Below are positions 8,744 to 20,000 of a stretch of DNA of 20,000 bases, in pieces. Position 1 is the stretch's first letter; every line of letters begins with the position of its first letter. This stretch comes from Mesotaenium endlicherianum (taxonomy: Eukaryota): positions 515,193 through 535,192 of the forward strand of contig WELA01001035.1 in assembly GCA_009602735.1 (NCBI GenBank). The letters are read 5' to 3'. A model generated the notes under the pieces. The model did no database searches. It saw only the letters and a program-made list of their open reading frames with translations, and was not told the origin of the DNA. Made by a program: the position numbers and the translations under genes.

Positions 8744-9949
8744 ATGTGTTCGACCCCTCGAATGACCCCTCCTCGACGATCACTCGATCGACAAGGACTG
8801 TCGGTATTAGGTTGGGGATGCATATAAGGATGTACTCATGGTGTACTTTACTTTTTTTGGCAACAATTTCGGGACAAGGAGTAGAGAAAAAAATACATAT
8901 GTATACTGTTATCCCTCCCTCGCTATTTAGGAAATGCCATTACAATAGTTTCTATTGCATGAGCAGGCTATGGTGTATTTATGTTCGCGGCTGTTCGCGG
9001 CTGGTGAGGATGTGAGGTTTCGGCACCCAAAGGTCCTTTTTTAAAGAGCAAGATGCACAATGCACGATGTAAAAATATGATTTGTGAGGTCTGACCGAGC
9101 CCGGAAATTACGCGGAGACGAAGCGCGACATTATGTGGAGGGGATTTTACCATTTCCCTCAATCAATTTGTGCTTGTGCACTGTAAACGCTTTTTTGTTT
9201 AGCTGTTTGAAACTTGGTCGTTTATTTTGTCTTCGTCGCTTCGATCTCGTAATTTTCAATTCCGCAATTCGTGTTGATCAATTGAGTGCCTGTGGCCACT
9301 GGAAACTGGGCCTTAATGACTCAAACTGTAAAAAAAACCTAACTATGCAAGAAAAGCCACGATGAGTACCCAGTGAACCCATTTTTGCTTCTTTCTAAGG
9401 AAGAACCCAGTCTTTTAATGAACTACACAGAGAGATAACGCGGCTGGCCTGTAGCAAAAATCGCCATATTCTTACCTTTACTAGACTTAAGCACTTGCAA
9501 ATCCGGCAACCTGTACAAGCGTGGACGCCTCTCTACTTTACTATACTTCCCACTGTTTGTCTTGTTGGGTTTGCCTACAAGTCTATTACAGTTTTTACTA
9601 AGAATGCTAAAGCTATAAGAGCGTAATTAAGATCGTAGTAAATGATAGCAAAGAAGGTAGCAGGCGCCTTTCTAAACTTCCGTAAACTGCCGCGAACGAT
9701 CACGAATCGATACTTTTCAATACCTCCTGCGCCAAAACTAAGAGTTTGGCAAATTTACCCGCGCGTGTTGCATGTGTAGATAATGCTGTAATGCAAAAGC
9801 TCTGTTGAAGATAAGAAAGTGATACAGACCAGCACTCACGATTGCTCATCATGATAGAACTAAAATAATGTGTGTTGGAAAACCACTAACCACTGTGTGG
9901 TGCACATAGTTACATGTTTCTGACATTTTTGGGCAGCATAGAGAAATCA

Positions 9950-12206
9950 TGATACTATTCCAGCACCCTTTGTTTCTTGCCCTTGTCATGCTCTCTCATT
10001 TTGTTCTCCACATTTAGTATCTCAAAGTTTTTTCTCCATATTTGGTACACTCTGAAGAAGAAGAGCTCCCTACTCAAAGGGTTTATCACAGCAAATTCTT
10101 CATAGCGGAGCCCTTCCTTTCTTGTGCTCCTCACTTAATTCACATTTTGGCACCCGTTTGGTAAGAAGTTCCCGATAAAGTCTGCATCTGCGCTTCTTGC
10201 CATGATATCAAGAATTTATTACTCAATTCATGCTACCAATTGGCAAAAACAGAACCTTTCCAGTTCCAACTCACTGTACAAATCAGCAATTACCAACAGC
10301 AGGCAACCGTACCATCATTGAAGACAAACAAACCTACCTACTACTCATGAAGGTGGTGAGCCAACTTATTGGTGTGTGTTGAGCACCCAAATCGAGACCT
10401 AAAATTGCTCCGGCTCTCCAAATCTCAGTGAAAACCCCTGCCAGGTTCTACCTACACTAAGTTCCGCTCCATAAGCAGACATTTGACCTAATTATGTTCT
10501 CCAGCCCTGACCTGTTACCCTTCTATTGTATGCACGTAACATCATGACTGTGCCCTTTACAACAGATAACAACCTCCCAGCATCTCACATACCATTGCCA
10601 AGTGCACGGCAGCTGCACCTCTACAAACAGCTATCTCTAGAGTCGTCATGCCAAATTCATGGCTTTATTTCCTCAACAGCAACCCCAGAACCTGGGGACA
10701 GTGGGCCTAACCTCGTGGAAACGCCCTCCTTGGCTCTCCTCTTGGGTGATGGAGGGGGCGAAGGGTCAGGTGAAGGATAGGGCGAAGGCTCTGCCTTGAT
10801 TTTCACAGGGACAGGCTTCCATGTAAAGTCCGGGACCTGCACCGGTGTCGATGGTAATGAAGGGGCAGTAACAATAGGAGGTGGAAGAATGAACTCGTCG
10901 AGTGCATCATCTGCTGCTGCTTGTAAAGCAGCAGAAGGAGCCTGCTCAAGTGAAAGGAACAACAGACAATTTGATTATCAACAATTGTCCAAGAACCAAT
11001 GAAGAGCAACGTTGGCAAACCCTCTTGGAAGCATTAAGTGAGGGGTTAGTATGTACATACATCTCCGCATACGCCTGTGTGTCACAAACATTGTACGCAC
11101 ATGATTCGGGTGGAGTGAACTTTATATTATTAACAGTCTAGCGTCTGAAGCTGAGAGGTAATAGAGATTTCACGAACTGAACAGAATCCCGTGAGGTGAG
11201 ACAACCTGACTTCATAATATGCATATGAATGGCATCCAAAAAATAGTAGAGGAATGATAATGAACACCTTTCAATCGAGCCAGGCATAAGAAGTGAAAGA
11301 GACACAGATGAGGTAGACAATCCAATTTTCCCTTACGTCCAGCAAGCAACTACAAATAACACGATTCTAAAGACAATCAAGATCCTGTCCCAGCTAGTGC
11401 TTGCCAACTTTCTGGGTTAATATAGAAACAACTACCACCACCTGAAGAAACCGCAACGAGTGCTGCATCTACCAGCATTTACAGCTCTGCTAGTCATTGC
11501 TGCAACTAAGAAATAATGTTGAAAGGCATTTTGAAACTGGTCACACAGACGTCTTGAAAGAACATCTACGAGAGGGCAAAAGCTTTGACCCCTCATGAAG
11601 AGTGACAAGAATAGGAAATTGGAGCTTCCTGAGGGCTGCATATGTCATACACAAATTCCTACTAGTTTGTCACCCAAAAAAAAGTTTAAAAAGGTGAAAG
11701 TTGAACTACTCACTGTTCTGGCTTTTAAGAGGGACAGCTTCCTGGAGCCTGATAGGTCAAGCTCCGCAAGTTCTGAAGATGAAACCTGCAAGGATGGGAA
11801 GGCCTTTGATCACAAGCTTATACACTGAACCCTTGTTAATTTTAACCCAGTCACTTACACTAATATCGTCCCTCATACACATAAAGCACCTGCACTTGTG
11901 CACCTTCTCCAACAGATGCAAAATCGACAACGTCTAAACTGCTCGCGACTAACAAGTAAGGACATGAGGATTAGGGTTATCCATGTCCTATCATGAGCCA
12001 GACGCACCAAAAATAAGAAGCCAAAAGACTAATCTATAAGCATGAATTAGGATCACTCACCAAGGCAGGAAGGTCCGGAACAGCGTCTTCACCGCAAATG
12101 TCCACGTCGTCTGGAATTTCAATTTTCAGCGTAGTATTTGCATCTCCAGCAGCCATATCCTCCCCTACCACCAGAAACGTCTTGTGCTTCGAGAGTATCA
12201 CTGATC
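9950..12206 (-). pseudogene. Multi-exon gene of unknown function, probably degraded; 3' extent uncertain
   Basis: Exons 12206-12061 (SVILSKHKTFLVVGEDMAAG...VPDLPAL/GTGAGT), 11785-11714 (TGCAG/VSSSELAELDLSGSRKLSLLKART/GTGAGT) and 11635-~11442 (TGCAG/PSGSSNFLFLSLFMRGQ...) splice in one open frame. A Pro-rich segment lies at ~10941-10657, and coding-like sequence with stops at ~10260-9950. Confidence 0.45.
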
Positions 12207-12208
12207 CT

Positions 12209-12226
12209 AGAGAGAGGAAGAGAGAG

Positions 12227-12269
<43 letters not shown>
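12209..12269. repeat. (GA)n microsatellite abutting the assembly gap
   Basis: Direct reading of the sequence. Confidence 0.97.
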
Positions 12270-13110
12270 NNNNNNNNNNNNNNNNNNNNNNNNNNNNNNN
12301 NNNNNNNNNNNNNNNNNNNNNNNNNNNNNNNNNNNNNNNNNNNNNNNNNNNNNNNNNNNNNNNNNNNNNNNNNNNNNNNNNNNNNNNNNNNNNNNNNNNN
12401 NNNNNNNNNNNNNNNNNNNNNNNNNNNNNNNNNNNNNNNNNNNNNNNNNNNNNNNNNNNNNNNNNNNNNNNNNNNNNNNNNNNNNNNNNNNNNNNNNNNN
12501 NNNNNNNNNNNNNNNNNNNNNNNNNNNNNNNNNNNNNNNNNNNNNNNNNNNNNNNNNNNNNNNNNNNNNNNNNNNNNNNNNNNNNNNNNNNNNNNNNNNN
12601 NNNNNNNNNNNNNNNNNNNNNNNNNNNNNNNNNNNNNNNNNNNNNNNNNNNNNNNNNNNNNNNNNNNNNNNNNNNNNNNNNNNNNNNNNNNNNNNNNNNN
12701 NNNNNNNNNNNNNNNNNNNNNNNNNNNNNNNNNNNNNNNNNNNNNNNNNNNNNNNNNNNNNNNNNNNNNNNNNNNNNNNNNNNNNNNNNNNNNNNNNNNN
12801 NNNNNNNNNNNNNNNNNNNNNNNNNNNNNNNNNNNNNNNNNNNNNNNNNNNNNNNNNNNNNNNNNNNNNNNNNNNNNNNNNNNNNNNNNNNNNNNNNNNN
12901 NNNNNNNNNNNNNNNNNNNNNNNNNNNNNNNNNNNNNNNNNNNNNNNNNNNNNNNNNNNNNNNNNNNNNNNNNNNNNNNNNNNNNNNNNNNNNNNNNNNN
13001 NNNNNNNNNNNNNNNNNNNNNNNNNNNNNNNNNNNNNNNNNNNNNNNNNNNNNNNNNNNNNNNNNNNNNNNNNNNNNNNNNNNNNNNNNNNNNNNNNNNN
13101 NNNNNNNNNN
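12270..13110. other. Assembly gap (841 N)
   Basis: Run of N; ORFs spanning it are artefacts. Confidence 0.99.
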
Positions 13111-14736
13111 GGGGGGGGTATTTTGAGTTCAGAGGCTTTAGAATATCACCTACACCAGTGCGTCGCCCCGTGAGCAATAGTAAACTTTACGGACCACATA
13201 GTACTAATTCCTCGGGCTTCTAGTGGATTAGCACGGGGGGGGACTCTAGCGCAGGTACACATACACAAAATAGATATGAAGAGAGAGAGAATAATAAAGA
13301 TAGTCGAACCCCTCACACCTGCACCCGGCACACCCTTATGCCCAGCACACACATCCATGTAATCCCTTCCCCTTCCCATATGCCTTTTGCAAGGACATGA
13401 TGTTGATTGTTCTTCACTCACACATCACCCCCTGCATATGTACGTGTCAATGCCAAGCCCCGTCTAAAATCTCTTACACCTAAACGCCCACCTGGATAAT
13501 AGGCCAATAGATAGCTGATAATGTATACAAACAGACAGGGCAACACCTTAATATTGAGACTCACAGATGGCAGGCTTGTGAAACTCACGGGCGCCTGGCA
13601 CCCTAAGAAGGGCTCTTCAAAGGCGCTCGTCGCGTACATAGGTCGTGCCTGCAGTGCAATGCCACAAGTCAAATCACGATGGAGGGCATTAAATGCTACA
13701 AGTGTCATAGACACTAAGATACAAAGAAAAGGCGGGGATGGAAAAGAGGACATATGAGAGATGTGAAAGATATTAGGACACTCACCCCTTGCCAAATGAA
13801 AATCCGTGAGCTATATATTCGTACTAACGTTTGGCACAATCTATTTTCAATAAATCAGAAGCGAAGTAAAAAATACAACTCTGTCCTAATTCCTATGTCA
13901 ATGAAAACAAACATAAAATTAATCACAATAACTACTCACTGACATCTGCATAATCTCGTGTCTGCTTCCTCGGATTACAAAACGCCCAGAACGCTGCATA
14001 AATCATCTGAGGATGGGGAGCGGGAAACTGAGCGCAATATCACCAGGTGCATGACGTTACCATCGAGCCTGACCGAACCCCTTGTCACGTCGATCGAGTG
14101 AATGCGTGAGTAACCGGACTCTTGTCACCTGGCATTCTGACTGCCAGCAGGCATAAATGGGGTCGGACCCCCGAGGGACACCGAGTTCGCTCGCCTCCTT
14201 CCTTCTGTCGCTGTTTAGAGGGTACTGGTTCCAGTTGGTACGTGACCATGCTTGTTGGGGTGGCCCACGTATATAGCTTAGGAGGGAAGAAATAGTGCAG
14301 AGGTTAGCTGTTTCATAAGACGAGCACATCGGGAGTCGGGAGCCTATGTGCAGCTATACTTCATCAAATTCACTGCCGTGTTTATATGATAAACGCCGCA
14401 CAGATGATTGGATGCGTCATTACTCCAGGCAATAAAATTCATGATTATTGTACTAGTCCTTAGCAGGTCCCAGTGTCGAGAACCCATCTAGACGCCCCAG
14501 CGCACGAGGCACCAACTCGGCGTTGTCTGCATGCATCTATCTCCCCACCCTCGATGTCCCTTGACGCTCGTCAAATTTCTCTATCTCCAGCTTCTCCTTC
14601 TATGACTCCACCCGTCTTCATTGAATGCTGACACAGCTAGTGTCTATCTGGGGGAGTAAATACATGCCCATGCACTGATACACTTGACATCATCCGCTTC
14701 TACCGAACTGTATTGCGGGAGTTTTATGAACGAGTT

Positions 14737-15507
14737 ATGGCTGGGACATGTACATACAATGCAGTAGGCTTACAGGAGGCAGCTTGGATAGTGAGCCTCT
14801 CCCCTCCATTACACAAACCAGCGGGTAACATAACAGCATCACACATTGGCCTCGCTGGCAGGAACAATTGCTTGCGACCACTTAAATTTCATAATCGAAA
14901 TGGCCTGAAGCATTCATTGCGTACTTCACTAAACAGACTAGCTCCTCTTAACCACTGTGCAGCTCTTTTCTCAAAAGTGCCGCGACGTGTCGTAGTACGA
15001 GCTACAGTAGAGGGAGAAGATAAACATGCGGACTCTCTACTGTGTGCGCCAAGGACAGCTGTCAGCGGCACTTTATTGCCAGCTCATGCACAGAAGGACC
15101 CTAGCCAAGCTCTGGCTGGCACACATCAGGACGAGGCATGTGCTGAGTCAGCGAATCTAGTGGGGAAGGGCGGGACTCAAATGCTCGGGCGGCGGCAGCT
15201 AGTGGCGGCGGTCCCCTCTGCTGTTGCGCTTCTTTCTGCGGGCTACGCCGTGACAGGTGGCGGCACGGCGGCGAGAGCCCTGACAGGCGGGCTGAATCAG
15301 CGCAGCGTGGCAGAGCAGGAGAGGGAGCGGGCTGTGGGGACCGCGCTGGACAGCCTGAGGAGCCGTGTCTCGTCGTTCAGGCTGGCCAATGGCATGCGAT
15401 GGGTGGTCCTGGAGCGCCACGTGGCTCCCATTGTTGCATGCCACACGTTTGCTGACGTGGGCGCTGCTGACGAGGAAGATGGCGTGACCGGCGTCGCCCA
15501 CCTTCTG
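14737..15507 (+). CDS. Peptidase M16 (insulinase-family zinc protease) exon 1, including N-terminal targeting presequence; start codon uncertain
   Basis: First in-frame ATG is at 14737. FRLANGMRWVVLERHVAPIVACHTFADVGAADEEDGVTGVAHLL is the M16 N-terminal domain. GT donor at 15508 (phase 0) splits the HLL/EH zinc motif. Confidence 0.88.
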
Positions 15508-15889
15508 GTCCCACACCCCCTCCTTTCCCTTCCCCCCCCCACCCCCTCCCTCCCCTCTCACACACTCTCTCTCTCTACCTCCCTGCATCTGTGTATCTCT
15601 TTCTGAGTCAGTGTAAGTGTGTACAGCAATAGCGTCTTGAAGTTCCTACCTGTCGTATGTATTCGGTGGTGCTTGCACTTCTTTAGTGCGCCACAAATAT
15701 GCGTCGGGAGAAGAGGATACGTTTCGGGGGTAATCTGTGAAATCGAGCCCCAAGCAGGTCCATCTCACCAACCAAGAGGCTAGCAGGAGAAGACAAAGGT
15801 GCCAGCGGTGGCTGGCTGAGCTCTGGGGAGCTGACGCCTGGCACCTCCCCGCCTGTCTGGCAACCTACCGGGCCCGCATGCTTGCGCAG

Positions 15890-15974
15890 GAGCACCTGGC
15901 ATTCAAGGGCACTGCCCAGGTGGGAACCACAGACGCGGCCCGCGAGGCCTCGATTCTCGACAGCCTGGACGAAG
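15890..15974 (+). CDS. Peptidase M16 exon 2
   Basis: GCAG/EHLAFKGTAQVGTTDAAREASILDSLDE-G/GTGGCC; completes HXXEH; ends in phase 1. Confidence 0.93.
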
Positions 15975-16824
15975 GTGGCCCCCTGCCCTCTCCCCCCCCC
16001 CTCCCGCTCTCCGTGGCTCCCCCCGTCGCCGTTCACCACCACATGTCTGGAGCCAGGCTGCATTGCTCTCTTGGAGTGTTATGTGCCCTCCGGCATTGGA
16101 GCCCAGTTTGTGTGCGGAAGATGCCTGCCCCCTTCTCGACTCGACGCTTTTGTTGTCTTGGTTTTGTTTTTTTTAGTATTCAGCTCGACACGACTCGTTC
16201 TTTTTTTTTTTTTCGTTTTTTTCCCTCAATTTTCTCTGATACGTGCAAAAAACGAACATATGGAGGCGCCTATCGGCAGGTTTCATACACCAAAAGAAGA
16301 GAAAGAGTGAAAGAAAGAAAGAAAACATGGCAGTGCATACACATGTGTATGCCCATGCGCATGCAGGCACAATAGCAACGTACGAGCTCTCGGGTGATGT
16401 TAGGGGCTTGCCGAGATGGCCAGATAACAGGCTCTGTCCTCCCCTTTTTTGGGGGGGTGGGGGTGGAGGGGGGGGGGGCAAGGAGCCCTTCAACGACGGA
16501 TTAAACAGCCCCGAGTATGAGAGTGCTTGCGCTCTCTCTCTCTCTGTGGGTCCTCTCCGTTCACGATCGCCACACCAGCGGCAGCAGCAAAAGTGGCTCA
16601 GCTTGAACACCCCACAGCGAGCAACCTGAGTGTGAGAACGCCAGCGACAAGACAAGCTCTGATGTCCACGTCACTATGTCACTTGGTGCCACATCCGCTT
16701 GTGCTGACTCTGGACCTTCACACACTCGTGGGGGTGGACGTTTTAATGACTCGCGATGACGCGGTGCAGTCCCAGAAGCAAGTCTGACGTGATCCCGGCG
16801 ATGCCTCTGACCGCTTCGGCCTCC

Positions 16825-17065
16825 CTGTGCGCGTATGCGTCCGTGTGCGCGTGCGTGTGCGTGTCGGTCTAGCGCAGTGAGTACTCCTGAGACGGAGTGA
16901 TGACACGGGGGATGTCTGCATCTGTGCGTGTGCATGTGTTTGTGCATGTGTGTGTGCGTGTGCGGGGGTGTGTGTGCGTGCATGTGTGCATGTGCATGTG
17001 TGGGGGTGCATGCGCGTGTGCGTGTGCGCGTGTGAGTGACCGTGCTTGTGCGTGTGCGCGGGGTT
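16825..17065. repeat. Degenerate (GT/GC)n repeat at the 3' end of M16 intron 2
   Basis: TGTGCGTGTGCATGTG-type low-complexity sequence. Confidence 0.9.
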
Positions 17066-17077
17066 GTGAGCGAGCAG

Positions 17078-17148
17078 TGTTCTACGAGGTGAGAGACGCG
17101 CGCGAGAGCGGCAACACCCGCGCCGTCGCCAGCCTGTCCGAGCGTTTC
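17078..17148 (+). CDS. Peptidase M16 exon 3
   Basis: GCAG/(V)FYEVRDARESGNTRAVASLSERF/GTACGG; phases 1 and 0 match the flanking exons; GC-rich codons. Confidence 0.82.
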
Positions 17149-18210
17149 GTACGGCCCCTCCCGCCGCTCTTCCTTCCCCTTCCCCTTCCTCTTCCCTTTC
17201 TCGCTTCTATTTCCGTCTGCGTCTCTCCCTCTCCCTCTCCCTCTCCTGCATGCGCTGCAGCATGCACCCGCCTGCTCAAAAAAGCCGTGCGCTATTGTCT
17301 GAGGGGGCGGAATGCCGAAGCAGCAAATGCAGAAGCCGCAGCTGAAGTGCGAAGGCCTCAAGGCAGCAGACCGCACTTCCGCAAGACGAGAGCGCAGGTG
17401 CATGCAGGCGCGCATGCATGAGTTTGCGCACAGACGCCGGGGCCGACTTTTTGCCAGGGGGCCTTTCCTGTGGCGACTGCGCCAGTCCTGTGTCTTACCA
17501 CATGCACTCCAGCTTCTGCAACAGCCCAGCAGCCCCACGACGAAACGAAACAAAAAGTAGACAAAAACAAATTGAAACAAAACCAAAAACAACAAGTCAA
17601 AACGAAACGAATTGGAACGAAACGATACGAAACGAACTCGGACTCTAACACTCGAAAGCCCTCGAAGTGCAGCAAGAGATCTGGGAAACAGGAGCGCAAA
17701 GCGTTTCTGACAGTCACTGAAGGGTGCAGCTGGAGAGAGCAGCAGAGGCATCACCCAGAGAAGGGCAGCAGAGCGGAGATGGACAGCTCACCCTTAAGGC
17801 CCTGGGCTCTTCTTGCGCCGGGCCTTAAATCCTGCCCCATGGAGCTCATGTGTCGGTGCCTTCTCTGCCACATGGCAGTACCAGGGCCTGACCTAAGCCG
17901 TAGCCCATGCCCTAAGCTAGACCCCCCTTGCCCCAGGCGTGACTTCAATCATCTTCTCCTGCTAATTCTGCTATATTTTGTTGTGGAGTTCGAAGTTGAT
18001 TTCTTCTAAGCTGCCCTTTTTCCTCAACGCAACACACCCATTTATATATAAAAGTATAGATAGATCCTGATTGTATAATCTGAACTTCAATGTCCACCCC
18101 TTAAACCTGTCGTGACATAAGAAGTCGAGGTGATCACGACGGAAAGGGGGGGGACGGGGGGGGTGCGGGCGGTGGCTGCGGGCGTTTTGCGTCATGAGGA
18201 GCAAGGGCAG

Positions 18211-18322
18211 GCGGAGTTGCAGCGGGCAGCTGCTGAGCTGGCGGTGCCCAACCAGTACGGCTCGCTGCTGGCGCGCCAGGGGGGCGTCGGCCTCAATGCG
18301 CAGACCTCTCAGGACTCGACAG
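18211..18322 (+). CDS. Peptidase M16 exon 4
   Basis: GCAG/AELQRAAAELAVPNQYGSLLARQGGVGLNAQTSQDST-G/GTGTGT; GGxxLNAxTSxDxT is the M16 motif. Confidence 0.9.
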
Positions 18323-19091
18323 GTGTGTATTTGCGTGTGCCTCCCTCTGCCCCCCTGCTTCAGCTGGCACGCCACGCCCCGCTGGGCACTGCGCTGCTGC
18401 CAAGTGGCATGCCCTATTGGAGCTCGGTCGCATGGCATCCACTTCAGCCGTCCATCGGGTGACTCAACTGGGCGGCAGTCTGCCAGGTGCCGTGGCATGT
18501 CAGCATTATGGCCAGGCGAGCTCCCGCCAGGCTGGCACGCGCGCCGGAATTTGCCCTGTGTCTGGCACAGCTGGCGACTGGCTCCAGCCTGCACCTGACC
18601 TGGCTGAGCAACAAATGGCACAGCTTGCAGGAGCAGGAGACAGTTGGAGTTCCTTGCAGATGCTGACACCTGCACTTATTCAATCTCTTTGCGCGTCAGT
18701 TCAGAGATCCCTACATCACGGGGCCTGTCCGTGAGAAGCATTTCGCAGAACTAAACCCTACACCCTGCTGGGCAGCCATGCAGGCTCACCACATTGCGCG
18801 TTCCATCCCAAGCACAGAGAGGCGCATGGAGAGAGAGCTGAGAGGACGTTGTCGCGTTGTCGTGTCGGGTGTCATCTGCGCGGGCGCCCTGATGCAAATG
18901 GCATGTCAGTCCTGCATGTCACGGTGGTCTCGAGTGAGCAACGCCGCAAATGCTGTGCAGTGTCATTTTGATACACCATCCCTGCAGGACAACTTTTGGA
19001 CAAACCATGCTGGCCAGAGACTGACCTCTGACTGATTCGTTGCTGTCAGGTACTGATTTGACGGCAAGCATGAGAGCAAGAATATAGGCAT

Positions 19092-19155
19092 CCCTCCCCC
19101 CCCCCCCCCCCCCCCNNNNNNNNNNNNNNNNNNNNNNNNNCCCCCCCCCCCCCCT
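19092..19155. other. Poly-C tract containing a 25-N assembly gap (19116-19140)
   Basis: Direct reading of the sequence. Confidence 0.95.
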
Positions 19156-19361
19156 TACCAAAAACAAAACTCCCAAAAGTACACCGAAATGTACATATGA
19201 AGGGGAGAGGGCGTACATGTGTGTTAGGGAGGTGCATGCATGCCTTTCCACTACATATGTGCGGCAATGGGCGGGCAATTACTGCAGAGTAATTTGGACC
19301 ACTATAAGCGCATGTGACTGTATGCGTGTGCGTGTGCGTGTGCGTGGTTGGTGTGCGGCAG

Positions 19362-19465
19362 AGTACTTTGTGTCGCTGCCGGCCAACAAGCTGGAGCTGT
19401 GGATGGCGCTGGAGAGCGCGCGCTTCATTGCGCCCGTCTTCCGCGAGCTCTACTCGGAGAAGGAG
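19362..19465 (+). CDS. Peptidase M16 exon 5 (gene continues beyond the window)
   Basis: GCAG/(E)YFVSLPANKLELWMALESARFIAPVFRELYSEKE/GTGAGG; phase consistent with exon 4. Confidence 0.92.
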
Positions 19466-19479
19466 GTGAGGCCGGGAGA

Positions 19480-19665
19480 GCCAGCGAGAGAGAGAAAGAG
19501 AGAGAGAGGGAAAGCATTCACACTCTCACGGGCTCACGCACGCACCCGCACACTCACACGACACACACATAGACACACACATATACCCTCACACACACAC
19601 GCACGCACACACACACACGCACACACACATACGTGTGCATACATACGCACGCACACCCACATGCC
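19480..19665. repeat. (GA)n then (CA)n-type repeats at the 5' end of M16 intron 5
   Basis: Direct reading of the sequence. Confidence 0.9.
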
Positions 19666-19965
19666 TGCAAACGCACTTATGCAACACCCACTTGCGCTCG
19701 CACACGCTGGAATGGAAAGAGTGAGGCAGCGGCCCTCTCAGCGGGCTTGCTCGGCGGATCTGCAAGGCCTGGCAGAAGCTTCGCGTGTTGCTATATCCTT
19801 CATCTGTAGGGTGAGGACCGAGGGCTACTGGTCTGGCGCGGAAGGCTCAGCTTGAGAGTGTAGAATGCACATGTTCATGACGTTGGAAGGACAAATAGGG
19901 CTTCTGTGCCCTTTGAGCTTCACACCTAGGCGGATGCGGCGCAGGTGGCAGAGAGGAAAGCGATC

Positions 19966-19967
<2 letters not shown>

Positions 19968-20000
<33 letters not shown>
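19968..20000. repeat. (GA)n microsatellite
   Basis: Direct reading of the sequence. Confidence 0.95.

Noticed and set aside
9870..9897. CACTGTG (RSS heptamer CACAGTG on the minus strand) as the right TIR of the RAG1-like element
   Set aside because: Orientation fits, but one 7-mer in several kb is readily expected by chance. The 12-bp-spaced nonamer (CCAACACAC) matches ACAAAAACC poorly, and no partner TIR or TSD is available. Worth revisiting only with multi-copy alignment.
12098..13223. Long ORFs spanning 12.1-13.2 kb
   Set aside because: Artefacts of the GA repeat and the N gap.
13111..14700. Short ORFs (13521-13757, 13418-13795, 14057-14329) as a gene or element fragment
   Set aside because: No recognisable motifs and no consistent splice chain that I could build; left unannotated.
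16135..17645. T-rich tract (~16135-16225) and A-rich CGAAA tract (~17535-17645) as inverted ends of a MITE around exon 3
   Set aside because: Complementarity is only at the low-complexity level; no clean TIR or TSD.
16173..19855. Many overlapping ORFs rich in HT/VC/RV repeats (e.g. 16561-17754, 17971-18675)
   Set aside because: Produced by GC-rich, low-complexity intron sequence; only the short M16 exons are supported.

Overview
Eukaryotic, plant/green-algal-looking genomic DNA; a streptophyte alga is my inference from the plastid-type presequence, GC-rich exons and repeat-filled introns. 1-5752: two nested, diverged copies of one Gypsy-type LTR retrotransposon family. Each has a large non-Gag/Pol ORF of unknown function directly upstream of the PPT and 3' LTR. 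Copy 1 (ORF open from the window edge to 1504, LTR 1618-2362) interrupts a degraded chromodomain-bearing integrase (2363-3168), which is followed by ORF copy 2 (3609-5280) and a truncated LTR (5392-5752). 5753-7516: a pseudogenised RAG1/Transib-like DDE transposase with its catalytic and zinc motifs in RAG1 order. About 7.7-12.2 kb: degraded spliced gene(s) of unknown function on the minus strand, tail-to-tail with the transposase. After an assembly gap (12270-13110) come the first five exons of an intact M16 (HXXEH) zinc peptidase gene with a probable transit peptide plus twin-arginine signal; its introns have atypical splice contexts.
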